Assembly: GCA_023131895.1 (NCBI GenBank)
Contig: JAGLYZ010000002.1
Coordinates: 43,364 to 107,363, forward strand
Reading direction: 5' to 3'
DNA: 64,000 nucleotides
DNA from: Candidatus Parcubacteria bacterium
Lineage (GTDB): Bacteria; Patescibacteriota; Minisyncoccia; Minisyncoccales; JAGMDC01
Part shown: positions 1 through 9,076 of the stretch, in pieces
Layout of the letters: each line of letters begins with the position of its first letter
Numbering within the stretch: the first letter of the stretch is position 1
The notes under the pieces: model-generated
Database searches by the model: none
Told to the model about the DNA's origin: nothing
Seen by the model: the letters and a program-made list of their open reading frames with translations, nothing else
Translations under genes and position numbers: made by a program

Positions 1-1626
1 TTTTGTCAGCATTTCGGACAGTACTCAAGCGATGGGCAATAATAAAAGTTGTTCGATTTTTAATCAATTTTTCCAATGCGCCCTGAACTAATCTTTCTGA
101 TTCCATATCTAATGAAGAAGTGGCTTCATCTAAAATCAAAATTTTAGGATCACGAATTATGGCCCGAGCAATAGCCAGTCGCTGTTTTTGGCCAGTAGAA
201 AGCTTAATTCCCCGCTCTCCAACAATTTGGTCGTATTTTTTAGGAAATGTTTCAATGAAACCATGGGCATTGGCAGCTTTTGTTGCTTCTATAATTTCTT
301 TATCCGTGGCATTTGGTTTTCCATAAAGAATATTATTTTTAACAGTATCATTAAATAAAATTATTTCTTGAGGAACATAAGCAATAATACTTCTCAAAAA
401 TGAGAGATTCATTTTTTTTGTATCTACACCATCAAATAAAATTTTTCCCTGTGTAGGAATAAAATAAAGAGAAATTAAATCTACTAAAGTAGTTTTTCCT
501 TCGCCGCTTCCGCCAACAATAGCGATTTTTTTACCGGCTAGCGCAGTAAGATTGATATCTGCTAAAATCAGACGATTTCTTTTATAACCAAAACTAACAT
601 CTTTGAATTTTATTTCTCCTTTAACCTGCTCTAATATTTTACCATCTGGATTATAATTTTCCGGCTTAATTTCTAATAATTTTCTTACTCTTTTAATAGT
701 AGTTATTCCTGTTCTGAAATCTTGCCATAGCCAAGCTAAATTCATTAATGGATGGCGCAAAATAGTTAAATAGCCCAAACACATTACTAATTTTCCCGGG
801 GTAATTAAATTTTCTCTTAAAAGCAAGAGAGCAAATCCAAATACAGAGATAAAACCTAAAGAAAAGAAAAAATTCTGCCAAAGAGACAAAGAACTCCATG
901 CCCTGAAAAAATCCTTAAAGTCTGGTCCTAATGTTTGATTATAATCTTTATTTGTTCTTTGCCTTTGGAAATTTTCCCCAGCGCAGGATTTAATTGTTTG
1001 AATATTAAGAAAAGCATCGTAAAGATTTCCTGAAACCATTTCAGAGGTCTTATTTAATTTTTTCTGGCTTTCAATAATCGGCGTAGTTTTATAAAGAGTA
1101 ATCAAAATAAAACCCAAGCATAAAAAAATTATGCCTATTGCTAATTTCCATTCTATAAAAAACAAAATTAAAATTCCTGTAGAAACAGTTAAAAATTCTG
1201 GAAAAATCCAAAAAATAACATTACTTATAATTGTTTGAAGATACATTGCGGCTCTTTCAATCTTGGAAAAAATTGCTCCAATTTTTTTCTCTGTATGAAA
1301 CTTTAATGGAAGCTCCATAACATGATTAGAGCTCTCACACATTAAATTATTGTAAGCATCAGTCGCTAAAAAATTTCCTCTTAATCTTACAAACCTGTTA
1401 AATAAAGCAGTAACAATACTCATCAAAAGCCAAATTCCTAAAAGCGCGAAAATAAAACTTAATTCTGTTGTCTGTATTGATACTAAATCAACTAGCCTTC
1501 CATAAATATAAGGGATTACTGCAGTAATTGATGAAGTGATAATAGCCAAAACCGCGAGCCTTCTAACCTCTTTTTTATATTTCCTTAAATATTCCCAAAT
1601 GATTTTAAATTCCTGTATAATTTCCA
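1..1626 (-). CDS. ABC transporter permease/ATP-binding protein (type I exporter, MsbA/ABCB-like), 3' end cut by window edge
   Basis: Minus-strand ORF from ATG at 1626 running off the window start (absent from the ORF track because no stop lies in the window). Translation gives a 6-TM exporter domain, then an NBD with Walker A GGSGEGKTT, ABC signature LSTGQKQR and Walker B ILILDEATSSLD. Confidence 0.8.
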
Positions 1627-1737
1627 TATTTTTTAGAATTATTTTTTACTATATCAAATTAGATGCCAAAGATAAAGCCCCTGTTCCTGAATAAGGCATA
1701 CAAGGGCTTTAAAGATTCTTAATCAAAACATTCAAAT

Positions 1738-1872
1738 CTAAACTTCAGGAGTTGGAGGCGCTTGTGATGTTGGTCCTTGAGGCAGATTTTCTCCTTTCTT
1801 TTTTTTCATTAAAACAACTCCAGCGATTACTACTACAACAAGAATTAAAATTATCCAAGTAAGTATTTCCAT
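1738..1872 (-). CDS. small membrane protein (44 aa, single TM, MEILTWIILILVVVVIAGVVLMKKKK...)
   Basis: Short minus ORF with a hydrophobic N-terminal helix followed by basic residues; below the ORF-track size cutoff. Confidence 0.3.
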   Translation of the reverse strand: MEILTWIILILVVVVIAGVVLMKKKKGENLPQGPTSQAPPTPEV

Positions 1873-1943
1873 ATTATTAATAAATTATTAATAAAAGCCG
1901 CGACCTTTATTGAATTATCATATTATATCACTATACAAAGCAA

Positions 1944-3323
1944 CTATACAATAGCTATCTGTGGATAACTTAATTTATATATATCCCCTGCTCCCATTAT
2001 GATTAGAATTTCTTTATTCTTTAGATTTTGTTTCAAATAATTCTCTGCTTTTTTAATAGATGAGACATACTTGACTTTTTCTCCATATGGATATTTTTTC
2101 AAGTTTTTATTAATTTTTTTAACTAATTTCTCCGAATCTACTTTACTTTTAATCGCCTTGTCTTCTCTGCCGGCAACATCATAAATGTCGGTAATAATCA
2201 ATCTATCAATCCAGCCTTTATTCAATGCCTCTTTAAAAACCTTAACAAAATCATCAAACAAATAATAAGTTCGCTGATATTGATGCGGCTGAAAAACACA
2301 CCAAATTTTCTGTTTGGAAAACTTTTCCCTGCATGCTTTTAAAGTTGCTTTTACTTCTGTTGGATGATGAGCGTAATCAGATATAATTGTTATTTTCTGC
2401 GTAATTCCGCGTTTAGTTCTGTGTAACTCCGCGTGCGTGAGCTCAAAACGGCGCCATGTTCCTTTAAATTCTGACAATGCTTGATAGCTAACTTTATCTG
2501 CAATTTTTAAAGCTCTAGCTATGGTCAAAGCAGCTAAAGCATTATAAATATTATACTCCCCTGGAATTTTCAGAATTTTTCTTAATTTCTCCTTTTCTTT
2601 TTTTTGATTTAATGAAAATACACAGGTCTGACCTGTGTATTTTTTGACTTGGGATGTCAAGATTTGAGCAATATTCTTATCATCTTTGTTAATTACTAAT
2701 ACTCCATTTTTTGGCAAATGTGATATAAACTCGTCAAAAGCTTTTAAGATATTCTTTAAGTTTTTATAATAATCCAAATGCTCCTTTTCAATATTGGTAA
2801 TAACAATAATCTTAGGCCAATAATTTAAAAATGATTCTTCATGTTCGCAGGCCTCAATAATTAAGTATTTGCTTTTGCCCATTCGAAAATTTGAATTCCC
2901 AAATTCTTTTAATTTTGTTCCAACAATTACTGTCGGGTCAAACCCGGCTTTTATTAAAACCAAAGCAGCCATTGCTGTGGTTGTGCTTTTGCCATGGGTT
3001 CCAGTTATGGCAATGGTAGAATACTTTTTTGTTAATTCTCCTAATGCCTCTGGATAAGACAAACATTTAATGCCCAGATTTTTCGCTTCTTTTAATTCTG
3101 GATTATCTTCTTTTACTGCCGGACTATAAATAATTAAATCATGATTTTTGGTTATATTTTTTGCGTATTGACCTATGATAATTTTAATCCCTTTTCTTTT
3201 CAGTAATTTAGTAATTTCAGAAGATGCTAAATCAGAGCCAGAAACTTGCTCGCCTTTTGCTAAACAATATTGAGCTAAAGCAGAAACGCCAATTCCGCCA
3301 ATTCCGATAAAATGAATTTTCAT
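1944..3323 (-). CDS. murC: UDP-N-acetylmuramate--L-alanine ligase
   Basis: 459 aa; N-terminal IHFIGIGGIGVSALA Rossmann motif, Mur ligase central domain TGTHGKSTTT, typical MurC length. Confidence 0.9.
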   Translation of the reverse strand: MKIHFIGIGGIGVSALAQYCLAKGEQVSGSDLASSEITKLLKRKGIKIIIGQYAKNITKNHDLIIYSPAVKEDNPELKEAKNLGIKCLSYPEALGELTKKYSTIAITGTHGKSTTTAMAALVLIKAGFDPTVIVGTKLKEFGNSNFRMGKSKYLIIEACEHEESFLNYWPKIIVITNIEKEHLDYYKNLKNILKAFDEFISHLPKNGVLVINKDDKNIAQILTSQVKKYTGQTCVFSLNQKKEKEKLRKILKIPGEYNIYNALAALTIARALKIADKVSYQALSEFKGTWRRFELTHAELHRTKRGITQKITIISDYAHHPTEVKATLKACREKFSKQKIWCVFQPHQYQRTYYLFDDFVKVFKEALNKGWIDRLIITDIYDVAGREDKAIKSKVDSEKLVKKINKNLKKYPYGEKVKYVSSIKKAENYLKQNLKNKEILIIMGAGDIYKLSYPQIAIV

Positions 3324-3919
3324 TTTAATGATATTGATTCTAATATAGTATATTTAGGACCTGCGCGTTTTAATTCGCTTTCCATTACTTCAATTGAATT
3401 TACTAGAAAGTTTAAAGAAATTTCCTCATCTATCTCCGGTCTTTCTTCTGGTTCCATTTTTCTCCATTCCCAAGCTTTAATTCTACCTAAAGTAATATGC
3501 GGCTTGAATTCCCTGTTTTCTGAAATAAAATTTATTCCAGTATGAATTAAAGATTTTTCCAAATCCTGTTTTAGATTAGCTAATTCTTCTACTTTTTGTC
3601 CTTCTGCCCAGACCATTCTTGGGGGTATTTTTTTAGGAGGGGCGTAGCAAATTCTATCCAAATTTATTGAAAAAGATGAATTTCCTGAAACTGCTTCTTT
3701 TGTAATTTTACAAATTTCTAACAGTTCTTCATCGCGGATAGAACCAATAAAAACTAAAGTAATATGAAGATTATCCGGCTTTACCGATTTAATAGGTAAA
3801 TCTGGCCATTTTTCTTGATAAACTGAAAGTTTCCTTTTAATATCTTCAGGCAGATTTATAGCAATAAAAATTCTTTTCCTCATTAATTTTAGCATAGCAG
3901 AATATTGACTTTTTCTCAA
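3320..3919 (-). CDS. thpR: RNA 2',3'-cyclic phosphodiesterase (2H phosphoesterase, LigT/ThpR family)
   Basis: Two H-x-T-L motifs (HITLVF and HITLGR) characteristic of the 2H family; about 190 aa; overlaps the murC start by 4 nt. Confidence 0.75.
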   Translation of the reverse strand: MRKSQYSAMLKLMRKRIFIAINLPEDIKRKLSVYQEKWPDLPIKSVKPDNLHITLVFIGSIRDEELLEICKITKEAVSGNSSFSINLDRICYAPPKKIPPRMVWAEGQKVEELANLKQDLEKSLIHTGINFISENREFKPHITLGRIKAWEWRKMEPEERPEIDEEISLNFLVNSIEVMESELKRAGPKYTILESISLK

Positions 3920-3934
3920 GAAACTGATTAGATT
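3905..3934 (+). promoter_or_regulatory. sigma70-like promoter candidate for the TFB-like gene (-35 TTGACT, 18-nt spacer, -10 TAGATT)
   Basis: Hexamers read directly about 30-55 nt upstream of the ATG at 3961. Confidence 0.35.
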
Positions 3935-3960
3935 GATTAACAGTTATTTAAAAACTTGAA

Positions 3961-4893
3961 ATGGGAAAAATGAAAGAAAAAGAAGATAAAGAAGAAAATG
4001 ATTGTCCATTAAAAGCTGAACAAATAAAAAAATGTCCTGAGTGCGGTTCTAAGGGTCTGGTACGGAATTATGATAAAGCAGAAATTTTTTGCGAGGATTG
4101 CGGGTTAGTAATAACAGAAAATATCGTTGACCTTGGTCCTGAGTGGCGTGCTTTTGATTTAGAACAGAAGTCCAAACGGGAGAGGACTGGCGCGCCAATG
4201 ACTTACAGAATTTATGATAAAGGATTGAGTACGAGTACATCTGTAAATAAAATACCGGGACTCTATCGCCCGAGAGACTGGCAAATTCACGTTGCGAATA
4301 CAACCGAAAGGAGTTTCATCTTCGCCCTAACTGAGATTGAGCGGATGGCATCTGCGCTTAGACTGCCGGTGAATATCAGGGAGACAACGTCTATGTTATA
4401 CCGCAAAGCGATGAAGAAGCGGCTAATCCGTGGGCGTAGCATAGAAGCAATAACTTCTGCTCTCCTATATATTAGCTGCAGACAGTATAGTGTGCCGCGA
4501 ACATTGGATGAGATTACAGAAATATCAAAAGTCGGGCAGAAAGAGATAAGCCGGGCATATCGCTTCCTTTTACGAGAACTGGACTTGAAAGTTTCGCCTG
4601 CCTCTCCTGCTGATTTTGTGCCGCGTTTCTGTTCCTTGCTTGATTTGGGAGACGATATAAGATCAAAAGCAGTAGAGATAATCAAAAAAGCAGAAGAAGT
4701 GGAACTAACCAATGGAAGAGGACCTATAGGAATAGCAGGAGCTGCTATTTATATCGCTGCGATGATAAGTGGTAAGCATCGTACACAAAAAGAGTTATCG
4801 AATGTTACGGGTGTGACCGAGGTCACAATAAGAAATAGATACAAAGAAATGTCAAAAGAATTAGCGATAGAGGAAATAGATACATTCCTGTGA
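3961..4893 (+). CDS. tfb: transcription initiation factor IIB/TFB homolog (archaeal-type; N-terminal Zn ribbon plus two cyclin-fold repeats)
   Basis: 310 aa. Zn ribbon CPECGS...CEDCG, then near-diagnostic TFB blocks: [66 protein letters not shown]. Local GC about 45-52% versus about 30% in flanks. Confidence 0.9.
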   Translation: MGKMKEKEDKEENDCPLKAEQIKKCPECGSKGLVRNYDKAEIFCEDCGLVITENIVDLGPEWRAFDLEQKSKRERTGAPMTYRIYDKGLSTSTSVNKIPGLYRPRDWQIHVANTTERSFIFALTEIERMASALRLPVNIRETTSMLYRKAMKKRLIRGRSIEAITSALLYISCRQYSVPRTLDEITEISKVGQKEISRAYRFLLRELDLKVSPASPADFVPRFCSLLDLGDDIRSKAVEIIKKAEEVELTNGRGPIGIAGAAIYIAAMISGKHRTQKELSNVTGVTEVTIRNRYKEMSKELAIEEIDTFL

Positions 4894-4914
4894 CAATATT
4901 CTGGACAAAAGTAA

Positions 4915-4944
4915 GAATAGGGATTAATTTCCCTTATTTTTTTT
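4915..4944 (+). terminator. intrinsic terminator after the TFB-like gene
   Basis: Hairpin ATAGGGAttaatTTCCCTTAT followed by a T8 run. Confidence 0.5.
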
Positions 4945-5016
4945 GACGAAGCTATTCTTTTGTTGTAATATGTAAATATAGTCCTTTTCTAAAAAGGCGG
5001 AAAAGAGGTAAAAAAA

Positions 5017-5622
5017 ATGGTAGACTTTGAAAAGAGAAAAGAAATAGTAGAAAGATTGAGATTCTACGAGGAAGGTATAGTATATTTAATGGATCGTCCC
5101 CAGTACTATCGATTTATAAGATATAAACTAAGAAACGCATTATCTACAAGAAAAGAAGAATTAGAGAAAACAATAAAGAAATTTAACATAAGCAAACACC
5201 GCGAAGAAACTTTGATTGAATTATTGGAAGAATTGGTAGATTTGGCGATGATAGAAAAAATTGACCTGATTATTGGCAACAACAAAAACATAGAAAGAAA
5301 AGTGAAAAAAATACTGAATACCACTATTTCTTATATAAGAAATATGAAAGGCGTCAGGATAAATCTGAAAAATGAATTCGGAATAAATGTAGATGACTAT
5401 TTTGAAAAGTTTTTCAGGAACTGCCAAAATACTTTTGAGATGATTAGTATAAAACCAAAAATAGAAGTTTTGACAGAGAGAATAGAAAACGAGAAATTAT
5501 TACCAGAAATCGACAAAGACGAGGTTTTAAATCAAATCGCGAAAATAGAGACAAAAAGTCAACTCGAAAAATTCCGGAGAATAATGGAAGAAAGAATGGG
5601 GATAATAGTAAAGGTCTTTTAA
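5017..5622 (+). CDS. hypothetical protein (201 aa, K/E-rich)
   Basis: ORF with AGAGG-like RBS 8 nt upstream; no recognisable domain. Confidence 0.5.
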   Translation: MVDFEKRKEIVERLRFYEEGIVYLMDRPQYYRFIRYKLRNALSTRKEELEKTIKKFNISKHREETLIELLEELVDLAMIEKIDLIIGNNKNIERKVKKILNTTISYIRNMKGVRINLKNEFGINVDDYFEKFFRNCQNTFEMISIKPKIEVLTERIENEKLLPEIDKDEVLNQIAKIETKSQLEKFRRIMEERMGIIVKVF

Positions 5623-5685
5623 AAATTCGGTTCGCTTATGCGAGCCTCTTTTTATTTATCTAAAAAGTGATAAAATTAAAATATA

Positions 5686-6753
5686 ATGAAAGAAGCAATA
5701 TTATACAAAAAACTTGCGGACAAAAGAGTTTACCCTGTTAAATCCCCGACAAGTCGTGGTGCGAAGCAATTTAACAGGGTGAAATGCCAGAATTGCGCTC
5801 ATTATTGTGTTATTGAAGAAGGAAAGCGAGGGATTTGCGGTGTCCGAGAAAATATTAATGGAAAACTTTATGCCCTGAATTATGGCAAAGCAATTGCCTG
5901 TAATATTGACCCTATTGAGAAAAAACCTTTATTTCATTTTTTACCAGGCACTCAATCACTATCTATAGCTACGGTAGGATGTAATTTTAGATGTGCTAAT
6001 TGCCAAAATTGGGATATATCCCAAGGTCCAAAACCAAACAAACCAATTTTAGGAGAAGATTTGTCGCCAAGAGAAATTGTTAAAATCGCCAAAGAGAATA
6101 ACTTGCCCTCTATTGCTTATACATATACCTCCCCCACTATTTTTTCTGAATATGCCTTAAATACAATGAAATTGGCCAAAGAACAAGGAATAAAAAATAT
6201 ATGGATAAGCAATGGATTTTGGTCAAAAGAATTATTCGAAATGATTTCTCCTTTTTTAGATGCTGCCAATATTGATTTGAAGGGTTTTTCTGACGATTTT
6301 TATATTAAATACTGCGGCGGCCGTGTTCAGCCAGTTTTAGATACCTTAGAACGCATAAAAAAGAAAAAAATCTGGCTGGAAGTGACTACTTTAGTAATTC
6401 CTAGTTTAACTGATTCTAAAGAAATGTTTGAAAATATTGCTAATTTTATCAAAAACGAATTAGACGCTGAAACGCCCTGGCATATTTCTCAATTTTCCGG
6501 AGCAATTTCCTGGAAATTGCAGCACTTGCCTGATACACCGGTTAAAACATTAAAAATGGCTTATGAAATTGGTAAAAGGGCTGGGTTGAAGTATGTTTAT
6601 ACTGGCAATGTACCGGGATTAGAAAGCGAAAACACTTATTGCCCAAAATGCGGAACTTTGGCAATTGAGCGGCTCGGCTATGCCATAAAACGTTTTGACA
6701 AAAATGGAAAATGCTCAAAATGTAGAGGAGAATTAGATTTAATTTTAAATTAA
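5686..6753 (+). CDS. amrS: AmmeMemoRadiSam system radical SAM enzyme
   Basis: CNFRCANCQN (C-x3-C-x2-C) radical SAM cluster plus an N-terminal CQNCAHYC...ICG cysteine cluster typical of AmrS/PflA-like activases; 355 aa. Confidence 0.8.
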   Translation: MKEAILYKKLADKRVYPVKSPTSRGAKQFNRVKCQNCAHYCVIEEGKRGICGVRENINGKLYALNYGKAIACNIDPIEKKPLFHFLPGTQSLSIATVGCNFRCANCQNWDISQGPKPNKPILGEDLSPREIVKIAKENNLPSIAYTYTSPTIFSEYALNTMKLAKEQGIKNIWISNGFWSKELFEMISPFLDAANIDLKGFSDDFYIKYCGGRVQPVLDTLERIKKKKIWLEVTTLVIPSLTDSKEMFENIANFIKNELDAETPWHISQFSGAISWKLQHLPDTPVKTLKMAYEIGKRAGLKYVYTGNVPGLESENTYCPKCGTLAIERLGYAIKRFDKNGKCSKCRGELDLILN

Positions 6754-6768
6754 AATTTAGAAATTTTT

Positions 6769-7380
6769 ATGATTACCTTTGCCTGCTTTTCTCCTCATCC
6801 TCCCCTACTTTTGCCAGAAGTTGGCTCATCAGAGGATAGAGAAAAAGTTAAAAAAACAATTGAAAATTTGAAGTTTTTAGGAAAGAAATTAAAGGAATCT
6901 AATCCTAGTACTATTATTATTTCCTCTCCCCATCCTGATTGGGGTTTTAATGTTCCTCTTCATTTTTTAAACCCTAAACAAAATATTCCAAGCAGGCAAT
7001 TATTTATTCCTGACAAAACTCCTGATTTTTATTATCAACAAGGAAAAGAGTTTTATAATAAACTAGAAAAAGAAAAAAAATATGCCCTGATCGCCTCTGG
7101 TGATATGTCTCATTGCTTAAAAAAGGACGGCCCTTATGGCTTGAATCCTGACGGACCTAAATTTGATAAAGCATTGATTGAATATTTAAAGAATAAAGCT
7201 CTTGAAAACTTTTTAAAGCTAGACGAAATGTATCCAGAGGCCGGCGAATGCGGTCTTCGCTCTTTTTCTTTTATTTTAGGAATTTTAGATGCCTCAGGGC
7301 AAGCTTGGCAGCCGGAAATTCTTTCTTATGAATACCCATTCGGCGTCGGCTATCTTGTTGTAAATTTCAAATTGGGTTAA
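6769..7380 (+). CDS. amrB: AmrB-like protein (MEMO1/LigB-superfamily class III extradiol dioxygenase-like)
   Basis: N-terminal FACFSPHPPLLLPEVG matches the S/APH-x-P motif of LigB/MEMO family; position between amrS and the AMMECR1 gene; shorter (203 aa) than typical AmrB. Confidence 0.5.
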   Translation: MITFACFSPHPPLLLPEVGSSEDREKVKKTIENLKFLGKKLKESNPSTIIISSPHPDWGFNVPLHFLNPKQNIPSRQLFIPDKTPDFYYQQGKEFYNKLEKEKKYALIASGDMSHCLKKDGPYGLNPDGPKFDKALIEYLKNKALENFLKLDEMYPEAGECGLRSFSFILGILDASGQAWQPEILSYEYPFGVGYLVVNFKLG

Positions 7381-7424
7381 TTTTGTTTGACAAAGATAAC
7401 AAAAATTGCTATCCTTATATCGCT

Positions 7425-7505
7425 CGATGGTGTAAGCGCACGCTGCCCAACCAGGTAGAGGCCGGAGGATTATTCCTCCTTCGGGCATCGTATATCTTTT
7501 TATAG
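7425..7505 (+). promoter_or_regulatory. GC-rich structured 5' leader (possible riboswitch/attenuator or small RNA) upstream of a small membrane-protein gene
   Basis: Sequence GCTCGATGGTGTAAGCGCACGCTGCCCAACCAGGTAGAGGCCGGAGGATTATTCCTCCTTCGGGC is about 60% GC within AT-rich DNA, with hairpin GGAGGAttatTCCTCC, preceded by TTGACA (7387) and a TTATAT -10-like box. Confidence 0.3.
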
Positions 7506-7541
7506 CTGTTTTACAAAATATTTAGGAGGTGAAATAAAAAA

Positions 7542-7745
7542 ATGGACATGGATAGAGAATATTGGACAATGGGTTTGGTAGTTGGAATGATACTTTTAAT
7601 AATAGGAGTAATCGGAACAATCTTTTTAGATGATAAAGCAGGAATTTACCCCTATCTTTGTATAGCAGCTACGGCAGTTATGATTGTTCCTTCTATTATT
7701 CATTTATTTGTGTATCACCAATATCACCAAAACGAAATCTTATGA
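7542..7745 (+). CDS. small membrane protein (67 aa, 2 predicted TM helices)
   Basis: Strong RBS AGGAGGTG 8 nt upstream; hydrophobic segments LVVGMILLIIGVIGTIFL and CIAATAVMIVPSIIHLFV. Confidence 0.5.
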   Translation: MDMDREYWTMGLVVGMILLIIGVIGTIFLDDKAGIYPYLCIAATAVMIVPSIIHLFVYHQYHQNEIL

Positions 7746-7832
7746 GGAGACATCACTCCTCTTTTTTATTTACTAAAATCATTGTAGAATAAAACCAGAG
7801 GCAAGAATTTATAGGCATTTAATACACTTTTT

Positions 7833-8399
7833 ATGAACCAATATAGTTTACTTGCCAAAAATGCGGTGGAAATATATATTAAAGAAGCAAGGATTATTTC
7901 TGCTCCTGAAAATCTGATTAAAGAGTTTTTCACAAAAAAAGCTGGAGTTTTTGTTACTATTGAGGAAAAAGATGAATTGCGAGGATGTATTGGCACTTAT
8001 TTGCCAACTAAAAACAATATTGCTAAAGAAGTGATTCACAATGCCATTGCCGCTGCAACTGAGGATTATCGCTTCTCCCCTATCCAGAAAGAAGAACTTT
8101 CAGAGCTTTCTTATACTGTATATGTTTTAAACAAGCCAGAACCAATCAAGAGCATAAATGAATTAGATCCGAAAAAATACGGCATCCTTGTAAAATCGCA
8201 GTCCTTTTCTTCTGGCTCTGATGTTATCTTTGAACCTGCGCCAAGAGCTCATTATAAATCAGGATTACTTTTACCAGGATTAGACGGCGTGGATACTTCA
8301 GAAAAACAAATTTCTATTGCCTGCCAAAAAGGAAACATAAATCCAGAAACAGAAAAAATAATAATTTACAAATTTACAGTAGATAAATTTGAGCAATAG
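7833..8399 (+). CDS. amrA: AmmeMemoRadiSam system protein A (AMMECR1 domain)
   Basis: AMMECR1 signature LRGCIGT and LLLPG motif; 188 aa. Confidence 0.8.
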   Translation: MNQYSLLAKNAVEIYIKEARIISAPENLIKEFFTKKAGVFVTIEEKDELRGCIGTYLPTKNNIAKEVIHNAIAAATEDYRFSPIQKEELSELSYTVYVLNKPEPIKSINELDPKKYGILVKSQSFSSGSDVIFEPAPRAHYKSGLLLPGLDGVDTSEKQISIACQKGNINPETEKIIIYKFTVDKFEQ

Positions 8400-9069
8400 C
8401 ATGACTAATAAAAAAATCGCTAAAATATTATACGAAATAGAAGAATTGTTGAAAATAAAAGGAGTGTCTTTTAAGCCAAGAGCTTACCATAAAGCCGCTT
8501 TAACTCTGGACAATTTAGAGAAAGATATTGCTGATGTTTATAAGGAAAGAGGCATTAAGGGCTTGAAGGAAATCCAAGGCGTGGGAAAAAGCATTGCTGA
8601 TAAAATTGAAGAATATCTGAAAAAGGGAAAGATTAAATATTACGAGAAGTTAAAACAAGAAACTGCTGTCCGCCAGATTGTTACTTATTATTTTCAAACA
8701 AAAGGTTTGAGTTTGGAAAACTTAAAAAGAGATGCTAAAAAGAGAAAAATAGTTTATTCCAGGTTTACCAAACCGGCTAAACAGCTTTTGGAACTTGCTG
8801 GCTCAATAGAAAAAGCAAAAAAAGCCATGTCTACGGTTGCTGAATGGGCAAAATCCAGAAACCTGGATTATGCTATTGAAACAGTTTTTAAAAAATGGCT
8901 GGAATTAGACAGGTTAAAACCAAAAGAGATTGTTAAAAAACCGTTTTATAGAAACGATCCAATGGTTTGGTCAAAGGCAAAAAGAAAATGGTATGTTATT
9001 GACAAAAACGGCCAATGGCTGGAATTTGCTGACAAAGAATCAAAAATTGAGTGGAAAATCGTAAAGTAA
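8389..9069 (+). CDS. PolX-family N-terminal (8-kDa lyase-like plus helix-hairpin-helix) domain protein lacking a polymerase palm
   Basis: N-terminal IAKILYEIEELLKIKGVSFKPRAYHKAALTLDNLEKDI...GVGKSIADKIEEYL matches the Pol beta/PolX N-terminal HhH pattern; C-terminal 100 aa unrelated to the palm (no DxD). Confidence 0.5.
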   Translation: MSNSMTNKKIAKILYEIEELLKIKGVSFKPRAYHKAALTLDNLEKDIADVYKERGIKGLKEIQGVGKSIADKIEEYLKKGKIKYYEKLKQETAVRQIVTYYFQTKGLSLENLKRDAKKRKIVYSRFTKPAKQLLELAGSIEKAKKAMSTVAEWAKSRNLDYAIETVFKKWLELDRLKPKEIVKKPFYRNDPMVWSKAKRKWYVIDKNGQWLEFADKESKIEWKIVK

Positions 9070-9076
9070 TCTATCT

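Noticed and set aside
7425-7505. tRNA or tRNA-like gene in the GC-rich element
   Set aside because: No 7-bp acceptor stem, no GTTCRANYC T-loop and no plausible cloverleaf could be drawn.
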